Below are positions 1 through 10,860 of a DNA stretch of 64,000 bases, one piece after another; within the stretch, counting starts at the first letter, position 1; every line of letters starts with the position of its first letter. Location: contig OZ024744.1 of assembly GCA_964016885.1 (NCBI GenBank), positions 132,060,001 to 132,124,000 on the forward strand, in the 5' to 3' direction. A program made the position numbers and the translations under genes. The notes under the pieces were generated by a model. The model made no database searches. It was not told the DNA's origin and worked only from the letters and a program-made list of their open reading frames with translations. Source of the DNA: Eledone cirrhosa. Taxonomy: Eukaryota.

Positions 1-735
1 ATTTAAATTGGGGTTAAGTTAACTTTGTGGTTAAGTTAAGTTGGGGTTAAGTTAAGTTGGGGTTAAATTAAGTTGGGGTTGAGTGAAGTTGGGGTTAAGT
101 TAAGTTGGGGTTAAGTTAAGTTGGGGTTAACTTAAGTTGGGTTTAAGTTAAGTTGCGGTTAAGTTAATTTGGGGTTAAGTTAAGTTGGGGTTAAGTTAAG
201 TCGGGGTTAATTTAAGTTGGGGTTGAGTTAAGTTGGGGTTAATTTAAGTTGAGGTTATGTTAAGTTGGGGTTAATTTAAGTTGGGGTTAAGTTAAGTTGG
301 GGTTAAGTTAAGTTGGGGTTAATTTAAGTTGGGATTAAGTTCAGTTGGGGTTAAATTAAGTTGGGGTTAAGTTAAGCTGGGGTTAAATTAAGTTGGGGTT
401 AAGTTAAGTTGGGGTTAATTTAAGTTGGGGTTAAGTTAAGTTAGGGTTAATTTAAGTTGGGGTTATGTTAAGTTGGGGTTAAGTTAAGTTGGGGTTAAGT
501 CGAGTTGGGGTTAAGTTAAGTTGGGGTTAGTTAAGTTGAGTTTAAGTCAAGTTGGGGTTAATTTAAGTTGGGGTTAAGTTAAGTTGGGGTTCAGTTAAGT
601 TGGGGTTAAGTTAAGTTGGGGTTGAGTTAAGTTGTGGTTAAGTTAAGGTGGGGTTAGGTTAAGTTGGGGTTAAGTTAAGCTGGGGTTAAATTAAGTTGGG
701 GTTAAGTTAAGTTGGGGTTAGGTTAAGTTGGGGTT

Positions 736-1000
736 AACCCCAACTTAACTTAACCCCAACTTCACTCAACCCCAACTTAACTTAACCCCAACTTCACTCA
801 ACCCCAACTTAACTCAACCCCAACTTAACTTAACCCCAACTTAAATTAACCCCGACTTAAACTTAACCCCGACTTAACTTAACCCCAACTTAACTTAACC
901 CCAACTTAACTTAACCCCAACTTAACTTAATCCCAACTTGACTTAACCCCAACTTAACTCACACCCAACTTAACTTACCCCCAACTTAACTTAACCCCAA
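736..1000 (-). repeat. Inverted 16-mer block, class B
   Basis: (AACCCCAACTTAACTT)n; starts GGGGTT|AACCCC, ends CCCCAAAGTCGGAGTTAAG. Confidence 0.95.
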
Positions 1001-3574
1001 AGTCGGAGTTAAGTTAAGTTGGGGTTAAGTTAAGTTAGGCTTAACTTAAGTTGGGGTTAAGTTAAGTTGGGGGTAAGTTAAGTTGGGGGTAAGTTAAGTT
1101 GGGGTTAAGTTAAGTTGGGGTTAAGATAAGTGGTGGTTATGTTAAGTTGAGGTTAAGTTAAGTTAGGGTTAAATTAAGTTGGGGTTAAGTTAAGTTGGGT
1201 GTAAGTTAAGTTGGGGTTGAGTGAAGTTGGGGTTAAGTTAAGTTGGGGTTAAGTAGAGTTGGGGTTAAGTTAAGTTGGGGTTAAGTTAAGTTGGTGTTAA
1301 GTTGGGGTTAAGTTAAGTTGGGGTTAAGTTGGGGTTAAGTTAAGTGGTGGTTATGTTAAGTTGGGGTTAACTTAAGTTGGGGTTAATTTAAGTTGGGGTT
1401 GAGTGAAGTTGGGGTTAAGTTAAGTTGGGGTTAAGTTAAGTTGGGGTTAACTTAAGTTGGGTTTAAGTTAAGTTGCGGTTAAGTTAATTTGGGGTTAAGT
1501 TAAGTTGGGGTTAAGTTAAGTCGGGGTTAATTTAAGTTGGGGTTGAGTTAAGTTGGGGTTAATTTAAGTTGAGGTTATGTTAAGTTGGGGTTAATTTAAG
1601 TTGGGGTTAAGTTAAGTTGGGGTTAAGTTAAGTTGGGGTTAATTTAAGTTGGGATTAAGTTCAGTTGGGGTTAAATTAAGTTGGGGTTAAGTTAAGCTGG
1701 GGTTAAATTAAGTTGGGGTTAAGTTAAGTTGGGGTTAAGTTAAGTTGGGGTTAAGTTAAGTTAGGGTTAATTTAAGTTGGGGTTATGTTAAGTTGGGGTT
1801 AAGTTAAGTTGGGGTTAAGTCGAGTTGGGGTTAAGTTAAGTTAGGGTTAGTTAAGTTGAGTTTAAGTTAAGTTGGGGTTAATTTAAGTTGGGGTTAAGTT
1901 AAGTTGGGGTTCAGTTAAGTTGGGGTTAAGTTAAGTTGGGGTTAAGTTAAGTTGGTTTAAGTTAAGTTGGGGTTAGGTTAAGTTGGGGATAAGTTAAGTT
2001 GGGGATAAGCTAAGTTGGGGTTAAGTTAAGTTGGGTTTAAGTTAAGTTGGGGTTAAGTTAAGTTAGGCTTAACTTAAGTTGGGGTTAAGTTAAGTTGGGG
2101 GTAAATTAAGTTGGGGGTAAGTTAAGTTGGGGTTAAGTTAAGTTGGGGTTAAGTTAAGTGGTGGTTATGTTAAGTTGGGGTTAAGTTAAGTTGGGGTTAA
2201 ATTAAGTTGGGGTTAAGTTAAGTTCGGTGTAAGTTAAGTTGGGGTTGAGTGAAGTTGGGGTTAAGTTAAGTTGGGGTTAAGTTAAGTTGGTGTTAAGTTG
2301 GGGTTAAGTTAAGTTGGGGTTAAGTTAAGTCGGGGTTAAGTTAAGTTGGGGTTGAGTTAAGTTGGGGTTAATTTAAGTTGAGGTTATGTTAAGTTGGGGT
2401 TAATTTAAGTTGGGGTTAATTTAAGTTGGGGTTAAGTTAAGTTGGGGTTAAGTTGAGGTTAAGTTAAGTTGTGGTTAAGTTAAGTTGGGGCTAAGTTAAG
2501 TTGGGGCTAAGTTAAGTTGGGGCTAAGTTAAGTTGGGGTTAAGTTAAGTTGGGGTTAAGTTAAGTTGGGTTTAATTTAAGTTGGGGTCAACTTAAGTTGG
2601 GGTTAAGTTGAGTTGGGGTTAAATTAAGTTGGGGTTAAGTTAAGTTGTGGTTCAGTTAAGTTGGGGTTAAGTTAAGTTTGGGTTAATTTGGGGTTAAATT
2701 AAGTTGGGGTTAAGTTAAGTTGGGGTTAAGTTAAGTTGGGGTTAAGTTAAGTTGGGGTTAATTTAAGTTGGGGTTAAGTTAAGTCGGGGTTAAGTTAAGT
2801 CGGTGTTAAGTTAAGTTAGGGTTAAGTTAAGTTGGGGTTAAGTTAAGTTGGCTTTAAGTTAAGCTGGGGTTAAGTTAAGTTGGGGTTAAATTAAGTTGGG
2901 GTTAAGTTAAGTTGGGGTTAGGTTAAGTTTGGGTTAGGTTAAGTTGGGGTTAAATTAAGTTGGGGTTAAGTTAAGTTGGGGTTAAGTTAAGTTGGGGTTA
3001 GGTTAAGTTGGGGATAAGTTAAGTTGGGGATAATTTAAGTTGGGGTTAAGTTAAGTTGGGTTTAAGTTAAGCTGGGGTTAAGTTAAGTTGGGGTTAAATT
3101 AAGTTGGGGTTAAGTTAAGTTGGGGTTAAGTTAAGTTAGGGTTAGGTTAAGTTGGGGATTAGTTAAGTTGGGGATAAGTTAAGTTGGGGTTAATTAAGTT
3201 GGGTTTAAGTTAAGTTGTGGTTAAGTTAAGTTGGGGTTAAGTTAAGTTGGGGGTTAAGTTAAGTTGGGGTTAGTTAAGTTTAGTTTAAGTTAAGTTGGGG
3301 TTAATTTAAGTTGGGGTTAAGTTAAGTTGGGGTTCAGTTAAGTTGGGGATAAGTCAAGTTGGGGTTAAGTTAAGTTGGGGTTAAGTTAAGTTGGGGTTAG
3401 GTTAAGTTGGGGATAAGTTAAGTTGGGGATAAGCTAAGTTGGGGTTAAGTTAAGTTGGGTTTAAGTTAAGTTGGGGTTAAGTTAAGTTGGGGTTAAATTA
3501 AGTTGGAGATAAGTTAAGCTGGGGTTAAATTAAGTTGGGGTTAAGTTAAGTTGGGGTTAGGTTAAGTTGGGGTT

Positions 3575-3870
3575 AACCCCAACTTAACTTAACCCCAACT
3601 TAACTTAGCCCCAACTTCACTCAACCCCAACTTAACTTAACCCCAACTTCACTCAACCCCAACTTAACTCAACCCCAACTTAAGTTAACCCCAACTTAAC
3701 TTAACCCTAACTTAACTTAACCCCGACTTAACTTAACCCCGACTTAACTTAACCCCAACTTAACTTAACCCCAACTTAACTTAACCCCAACTTAACTTAA
3801 TCCCAACTTGACTTAACCCCAACTTAACTCACACCCAACTTAACTTACCCCCAACTTAACTTAACCCCAA
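3575..3870 (-). repeat. Inverted 16-mer block, class C
   Basis: C-rich monomers; ends CCCCAAATTCGGAGTTACG. Confidence 0.95.
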
Positions 3871-5771
3871 ATTCGGAGTTACGTTAAGTTGGGGTTAAGT
3901 TAAGTTAGGCTTAACTTAAGTTGGGCTTAAGTTAAGTTGGGGGTAAGTTAAGTTGGGGGTAAGTTAAGTTGGGGTTAATTTAAGTTGGGGTTAAGTTAAG
4001 TGGTGGTTATGTTAAGTTGGGGTTAATTTAAGTTGGGGTTAAATTAAGTTGGGGTTAAGTTAAGTTGGGTGTAAGTTAAGTTGGGGTTGAGTGAAGTTGG
4101 GGTTAAGTTAAGTTGGGGTTAAGTAGAGTTGGGGTTAAGTTAAGTTGGGGTTAAGTTAAGTTGGTGTTAAGTTGGGGTTAAGTTAAGTTGGGGTTAAGTT
4201 GGGGTTAAGTTAAGTGGTGGTTATGTTAAGTTGGGGTTAACTTAAGTTGGGGTTAATTTAAATTGGGGTTAAGTTAACTTTGTGGTTAAGTTAAGTTGGG
4301 GTTAAGTTAAGTTGGGGTTAAGTTAAGTTGGGGTTGAGGGAAGTTGGGGTTAAGTTAAGTTGGGGTTAACTTAAGTTGGGTTTAAGTTAAGTTGCGGTTA
4401 AGTTAAGTTGGGGTTAAGTTAAGTTGGGGTTAAGTTAAGTCGGGGTTAAGTTAAGTTGGGGTTGAGTTAAGTTGGGGTTAATTTAAGTTGAGGTTATGTT
4501 AAGTTGGGGTTAATTTAAGTTGGGGTTAAGTTAAGTTGGGGTTAAGTTAAGTTGGGGTTAATTTAAGTTGGGGTTAAGTTCAGTTGGGGTTAATTTAAGT
4601 TGGGGTTAAGTTAAGTTGGGTTTAAGTTAAGTTGGGGTTAAATTAAGTTGGGGTTAAATTAAGTTGGTGTTAAGTTAAGTTGGGGTTAGGTTAAGTTGGG
4701 GATAAGTTAAGTTGGGGATAAGCTAAGTTGGGGTTAATTTAAGTTGGGTTTAAGTTAAGTTGGGGTTAAGTTAAGTCGGGGTTATGTTAAGTCGGTGTTA
4801 AGTTAAGTTAGGGTTAAGTTAAGTTGGGGTTAAGTTAAGTTGGGGTTGAGTTAAGTTGGGGTTGAGTTAAATTGGGGTTGAGTTAAGTTGGGGTTAAGTT
4901 AAGTTGGGGTTAAGTTAAGTTGGGGTTAAGTTAAGTTGGGGTTGAGTTAAGTTGGGTTTACTTCAAGTTGGGGCTAAGTTAAGTTGGGGCTGATTTAAGT
5001 TGGGTGTACGTTAAGTTGGGGTTGACTGAAGTTGGGGTTAAGTTAAGTTGGGGTTAAGTTAAGTTAGGGTTAATTTAAGTTGGGGTTATGTTAAGTTGGG
5101 GTTAAGTTAAGTTGGGGTTAAGTAGAGTTGGGGTTAATTTAAGTTGGGGTTAAGTTAAGTTGGTGTTAAGTTGGGGTTAATTTAAGTGGTGGTTATGTTA
5201 AGTTGGGGTTAAGTTAAGTTGGGGTTAATTTAAATTGGGGTTAAGTTAACTTTGTGGTTAAGTTAAGTTGGAGTTAAGTTAAGTTGGAGTTAAGTTAAGT
5301 TGGGGTTGAGTGAAGTTGGGGTTAAGTTAAGTTGGGGTTAACTTAAGTTGGGTTTGAGTTAAGTTGCGGTTAAGTTAAGTTGGGGTTAAGTTAAGTTGGG
5401 GTTAAGTTAAGTCGGGGTTAATTTAAGTTGGGGTTAAGTTAAGTTGGGGTTAATTTAAGTTGGGGTTAAGTTAAGTTTAGGTTAAGTTAAGTTGGGGTTA
5501 AATTAAGTTGGGGTTAAGTTAAGTTGGGGTTAAGTTAAGTTGGGGTTAGGTTAAGTTGGGGATAAGTTAAGTTGGGGATAAGTTAAGTTGGGGTTAAGTT
5601 AAGTTGGGTTTAAGTTAAGTTGGGGTTAAGTTAAGTTGGGGTTTAATTAAGTTGGGGTTGAGTTAAGTTGGGGTTGACTTAAGTTGGGCTTAAGTTAAGT
5701 TGGGGTTAAGTTAAGATGTGGTTAAGTTAAGTTGGGGTTAATTTAAGTTGGGGTTAAATTAAGTTGGGGTT

Positions 5772-6034
5772 AACCCCACTTAAACTAACCCCAACTTAAC
5801 TTAACCCCAACTTAACATAACCCCAACTTAATTTAACCCCAGCTTAACTTAACCCCAACTTAATTTAACCCCAACTTAACTTAACCCCGACTTAACTTAA
5901 CCCCGACTTAACTTAACCCCAACTTAACTTAACCCCAACTTAACTTAACCCCAACTTAACTTAATCCCAACTTGACTTAACCCCAACTTAACTCACACCC
6001 AACTTAACTTACCCCCAACTTAACTTAACCCCAA
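5772..6034 (-). repeat. Inverted 16-mer block, hybrid (flipped class A flank + class C end)
   Basis: Starts AACCCCACTTAAACTAACCCC; ends CCCCAAATTCGGAGTTACG. Confidence 0.93.
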
Positions 6035-9000
6035 ATTCGGAGTTACGTTAAGTTGGGGTTAAGTTAAGTTAGGCTTAACTTAAGTTGGGCTTAAGTTAAG
6101 TTGGGGGTAAGTTAAGTTGGGGGTAAGTTAAGTTGGAGTTAATTTAAGTTGGGGTTAAGTTAAGTGGTGGTTATTTTAAGTTGGGGTTAATTTAAGTTGG
6201 GGTTAAATTAAGTTGGGGTTAAGTTAAGTTGGGTGTAAGTTAAGTTGGCGTTGAGTGAAGTTGGGGTTAAGTTAAGTTGGGGTTAAGTAGAGTTGGGGTT
6301 AAGTTAAGTTGGGGTTAAGTTAAGTTGGTGTTAAGTTGGGGTTAAGTTAAGTTGGGGTTAAGTTGGGGTTAAGTTAAGTGGTGGTTATGTTAAGTTGGGG
6401 TTAACTTAAGTTGGGGTTAATTTAAATTGGGGTTAAGTTAACTTTGTGGTTAAGTTAAGTTGGGGTTAAGTTAAGTTGGGGTTAAGTTAAGTTGGGGTTG
6501 AGGGAAGTTGGGGTTAAGTTAAGTTGGGGTTAACTTAAGTTGGGTTTAAGTTAAGTTGCGGTTAAGTTAAGTTGGGGTTAAGTTAAGTTGGGGTTAAGTT
6601 AAGTCGGGGTTAAGTTAAGTTGGGGTTGAGTTAAGTTGGGGTTAATTTAAGTTGAGGTTATGTTAAGTTGGGGTTAATTTAAGTTGGGGTTAAGTTAAGT
6701 TGGGGTTAAGTTAAGTTGGGGTTAATTTAAGTTGGGGTTAAGTTCAGTTGGGGTTAATTTAAGTTGGGGTTAAGTTAAGTTGGGTTTAAGTTAAGTTGGG
6801 GTTAAATTAAGTTGGGGTTAAATTAAGTTGGGGTTAAGTTAAGTTGGGGTTGAGTTAAGTTGGGTTTACTTCAAGTTGGGGCTAAGTTAAGTTGGGGCTG
6901 AGTTAAGTTGGGTGTACGTTAAGTTGGGGTTGACTGAAGTTGGGGTTAAGTTAAGTTGGGGTTAATTTAAGTTAGGGTTAATTTAAGTTGGGGTTATGTT
7001 AAGTTGGGGTTAAGTTAAGTTGGGGTTAAGTAGAGTTGGGGTTAATTTAAGTTGGGGTTAAGTTAAGTTGGTGTTAAGTTGGGGTTAATTTAAGTGGTGG
7101 TTAAGTTAACTTTGTGGTTAAGTTAAGTTGGAGTTAAGTTAAGTTGGAGTTAAGTTAAGTTGGGGTTAATTTAAATTGGGGTTAAGTTAACTTTGTGGTT
7201 AAGTTAAGTTGGAGTTAAGTTAAGTTGGAGTTAAGTTAAGTTGGGGTTGAGTGAAGTTGGGGTTAAGTTAAGTTGGGGTTAACTTAAGTTGGGTTTGAGT
7301 TAAGTTGCGGTTAAGTTAAGTTGGGGTTAAGTTAAGTTGGGGTTAAGTTAAGTCGGGGTTAATTTAAGTTGGGGTTAAGTTAAGTTGGGGTTAATTTAAG
7401 TTGGGGTTAAGTTAAGTTTAGGTTAAGTTAAGTTGGGGTTAAATTAAGTTGGGGTTAAGTTAAGTTGGGGTTAAGTTAAGTTGGGGTTAGGTTAAGTTGG
7501 GGATAAGTTAAGTTGGGGATAAGTTAAGTTGGGGTTAAGTTAAGTTGGGTTTAAGTTAAGTTGGGGTTAAGTTAAGTTGGGGTTTAATTAAGTTGGGGTT
7601 GAGTTAAGTTGGGGTTGACTTAAGTTGGGCTTAAGTTAAGTTGGGGTTAAGTTAAGATGTGGTTAAGTTAAGTTGGGGTTAATTTAAGTTGGGGTTAAAT
7701 TAAGTTGGGGTTAAGTTAAGTTGGGGGTAAGGTAAGTTGGTGGTAAGTTAAGTTGGGGGTAAGTTAAGATGGGGCTAAGTTAAGTTGGGGTTAAGTTAAT
7801 TTGGGGTTAAGTTAAGTTAGGGTTAAGTTAAGTTGGGGTTGACTTAAGTTGGGGTTAAGTTAAGTTGGGGTTATGTTAAGTTGGGTTTAAGTTAAGTTGG
7901 GGTTAAGTTAAGTTGGGGTTAAGTTAAGTTGCGGTTAAGTTAAGTTGGGGTTAAGTTAAGTTGGGGTTAAGTTAAGTTGGGGTTAAGTTAAGTTGGGGTT
8001 AATTTAAGTTGGGGTTAAATTAAGTTGGGGTTAATTTAAGTTGGGGGTTAAGATAAGTTGGGGTTAAGTTAAGTTGGGGTTAAATTAAGTTGGGGTTAAG
8101 TTAAGTTGGGGTTAATTTAAGTTGGGGTTAAGTTAAGTTGGGGTTGAGTTAAGTTGGGGGTAAGTTAAGTTGGGGGTAAGTTAAGTTGGGTGTAAGTTAA
8201 GATGGGGTTAAGTTAAGTTGGGGTTAAGTTATTTTGGGGTTAAGTTAAGTTGGAGGTAAGTTAAGTTGGTGATAAGTTAAGTTGGGGGTAAGTTAAGTTG
8301 GGGTTAAGTTAAGTTGGGTTAAGTTGGGGTTAAGTTAAGTTAGGGTTAAGTTAAGTTGGGGTTGAGTTAAGTTGGGGTTAAGTTAAGAGGTGGTTATGTT
8401 CAGTTGGGGTTAAGTTAAGTTGGGGTTAAGTTAAGTTGGGGTTAAGTTAAGTTGGGGTTAAGATAAGTTGGGGTTAAGTTAAGTTGGGGTTGAGTTAAGT
8501 TGGGGTTGAGTTAATTTGGGGTTAAGTTAAGTTGGGGTTAACTTAATTTGGGTTTAATTTAAGTTGGGGTTAAGTTAAGTTGGGGTTAAATTAAGTTGGG
8601 ATTAAGTTAAGTTGGGTGTACGTTAAGTTGGGGTTGACTGAAGTTGGGGTTAAGTTAAGTTGGGGTTAAGTAGAGTTGGGGTTAATTTAAGTTGGGGTTA
8701 AGTTAAGTTGGTGTTAAGTTGGGGTTAAGTTAAGTTGGGGTTAAGTTGGGGTTAAGTTAAGTGGTGGTTATGTTAAGTTGGGGTTAAGTTAAGTTGGGGT
8801 TAATTTAAATTGGGGTTAAGTTAACTTTGTGGTTAAGTTAAGTTGGAGTTAAGTTAAGTTGGGGTTAAGTTAAGTTGGGGTTGAGTGAAGTTGGGGTTAA
8901 TTTAAGTTGGGGTTCAGTTAAGTTGGGGTTAAGTTAAGTTGGGGTTGAGTTAAGTTGGGGTTAATTTAAGTTGAGGTTATTTTAAGTTGGGGTTAAGTTA

Positions 9001-10860
9001 AGTTGGGGTTAAGTTAAGTTGGGGTTAAGTTAAGTTGGGGTTAAGTTAAGTTGGGTTTAAGTTAAGTTGGGGTTAAATTAAGTTGGGGTTAAATTAAAGT
9101 GGGGTTAAGTTAAGTTGGGGGTAAGTTAAGTTGGGGGCAAGTTAAGTTGGTGTTAAGTTAAGTTGGGGTTAAGTTAAGTTGGGGTTAAGTTAAGTTGGGT
9201 TTAAGTTAAGTTGGGACTAAGTTAAGTTAGGGCTAAGTTCAGTTGGGGTAAAGTTAAGTTGGGGCTAAGTTAAGTTGGGTATAAGTTGAGTTGGGGTTAA
9301 GTTAAGTTGGGGTTAAGTTAAGTTGGGGTTAAATTAAGTTGGGGTTAATTAAGTTGGGGTTAAGTTAAGTTGGGGTTAAGTTAAGTTGGGGTTAATTTAA
9401 GTTGGGGTTGTGTTAATTTGGGGTTAAGTTAAGTTGGGGTTATATTAAGTTGGGGTTAAGTTAAGTTGGGTTTAAGTTAAGTTGGGGTTAAGTTAAGTTG
9501 GGGTTAAGTTGAGTTAGGGTTAATTTAAGTTGGGGTTATGTTAAGTTGGGGTTAAGTTAAGTTGGGGTTAAGTAGAGTTGGGGTTAATTTAAGTTGGGGT
9601 TAAGTTAAGTTGGTGTTAAGTTGGGGTTAAGTTAAGTTGGGGTTAAGTTGGGGTTAAGTTGAGTGGTGGTTATGTTAAGTTGGGGTTAAGTTAAGTTGGG
9701 GTTAATTTAAATTGGGGTTAAGTTAACTTTGTGGTTAAGTTAAGTTGGAGTTAAGTTAAGTTGGGGTTAAGTTAAGTTGGGGTTGAGTTAAGTTGGGGTT
9801 AAATTAAGTTGGGGTTAAATTAAGGTGGGGTTAAGTTAAGTTGGGGGTAAGTTAAGTTGGGGGCAAGTTAAGTTGGTGTTAAGTTAAGTTGGGGTTAAGT
9901 TAAGTTGGGGTTAAGTTAAGTTGGGTTTAAGTTAAGTTGGGACTACGTTAAGTTAGGGCTAAGTTAAGTTGGGGTTAATTAAGTTGGGGCTAAGTTAAGT
10001 TGGGTCTAAGTTGAGTTGGGGTTAAGTTAAGTTGGGGTTAAGTTAAGTTGGGGTTAAATTAAGTTGGGGTTAATTAAGTTGGGGTTAAGTTAAGTTGGGG
10101 TTAAGTTAAGTTGGGGTTAATTTAAGTTGGGGGTAAGTTAAGTTGGTGGTAAGTTAAGTTGGGGTTAAGTTAAGTTGGGGTTAATTTAAATTGGGGTTAA
10201 TTTAACTTTGTGGTTAAGTTAAGTTGGGGTTTATTTAAGTTGGGTTTAAGTTAAGTTGGGGTTGAGTTAAGTTGGGGTTGAGTGAAGTTGGGGTTAAGTT
10301 AAGTCGGGGTTAATTTAAGTTGGGGTTGAGTTAAGTCGGGGTTAATTCAAGTTGGGGCTAAGTTAATTTGTGGTTAAGTTAAGTTGGGGTTAAGTTAAGT
10401 TGGGGTTAAGTTAAGTTGGGGGTAAGTTAAGTTGGGGGCAAGTTAAGTTGGGGTTAAGTTAAGTTGCGGTTAATTTAAGTTGGGGTTAAGTTAAGTTGGG
10501 TTTAAGTTAAGTTGGGGTTCAGTTAAGTTGGGGTTTAGTTAAGTTGGGGTTAAGTTAAGTGGGGGTTGAGTTAAGTTGGGGTTAAGCTAAGTTGGGGTTA
10601 AGTTAAATTGAGGTTAAGTTAACTTGGGTTTGAGTTAAGTTGGGGTTAAGTTAAGTTGGTGTTAAGTTCAGTTCAGGTTAAGTTAACTTGGGGTTAAGTT
10701 AAGTTGGGGTTGAGTTAAGTTGGGGTTGAGTTAAGTTGGGGTTAAGTTAAGTTGGGGTTAACTTAAGTTGGGGTTAAGTTAAGTTGGGGTTAATTTAAGT
10801 TGGGGTTCAGTTAAATTGAGGTTAAGATAACTTGGGTTTGCGTTAAGATGGGGTTAAGTT

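Larger units (their letters stand above)
1..10860 (+). repeat. 16-bp G-rich tandem satellite (TTAAGTTAAGTTGGGG)n, block 1 (open at left edge)
   Basis: Continuous tandem 16-mers with point variants and occasional 11-mers (TTAAGTTGGGG); contains three inverted blocks. Confidence 0.98.

Noticed and set aside
730-741. piggyBac-type TTAA target sites at inversion junctions
   Set aside because: TTAA occurs twice per monomer, so its presence is uninformative. The right junction is not at TTAA, and there are no TIRs or transposase.
1-10860. Variant monomers as an information-bearing code or spacer-like memory
   Set aside because: Variants are mostly single substitutions whose recurrence is explained by nested duplications; no foreign sequence is captured.
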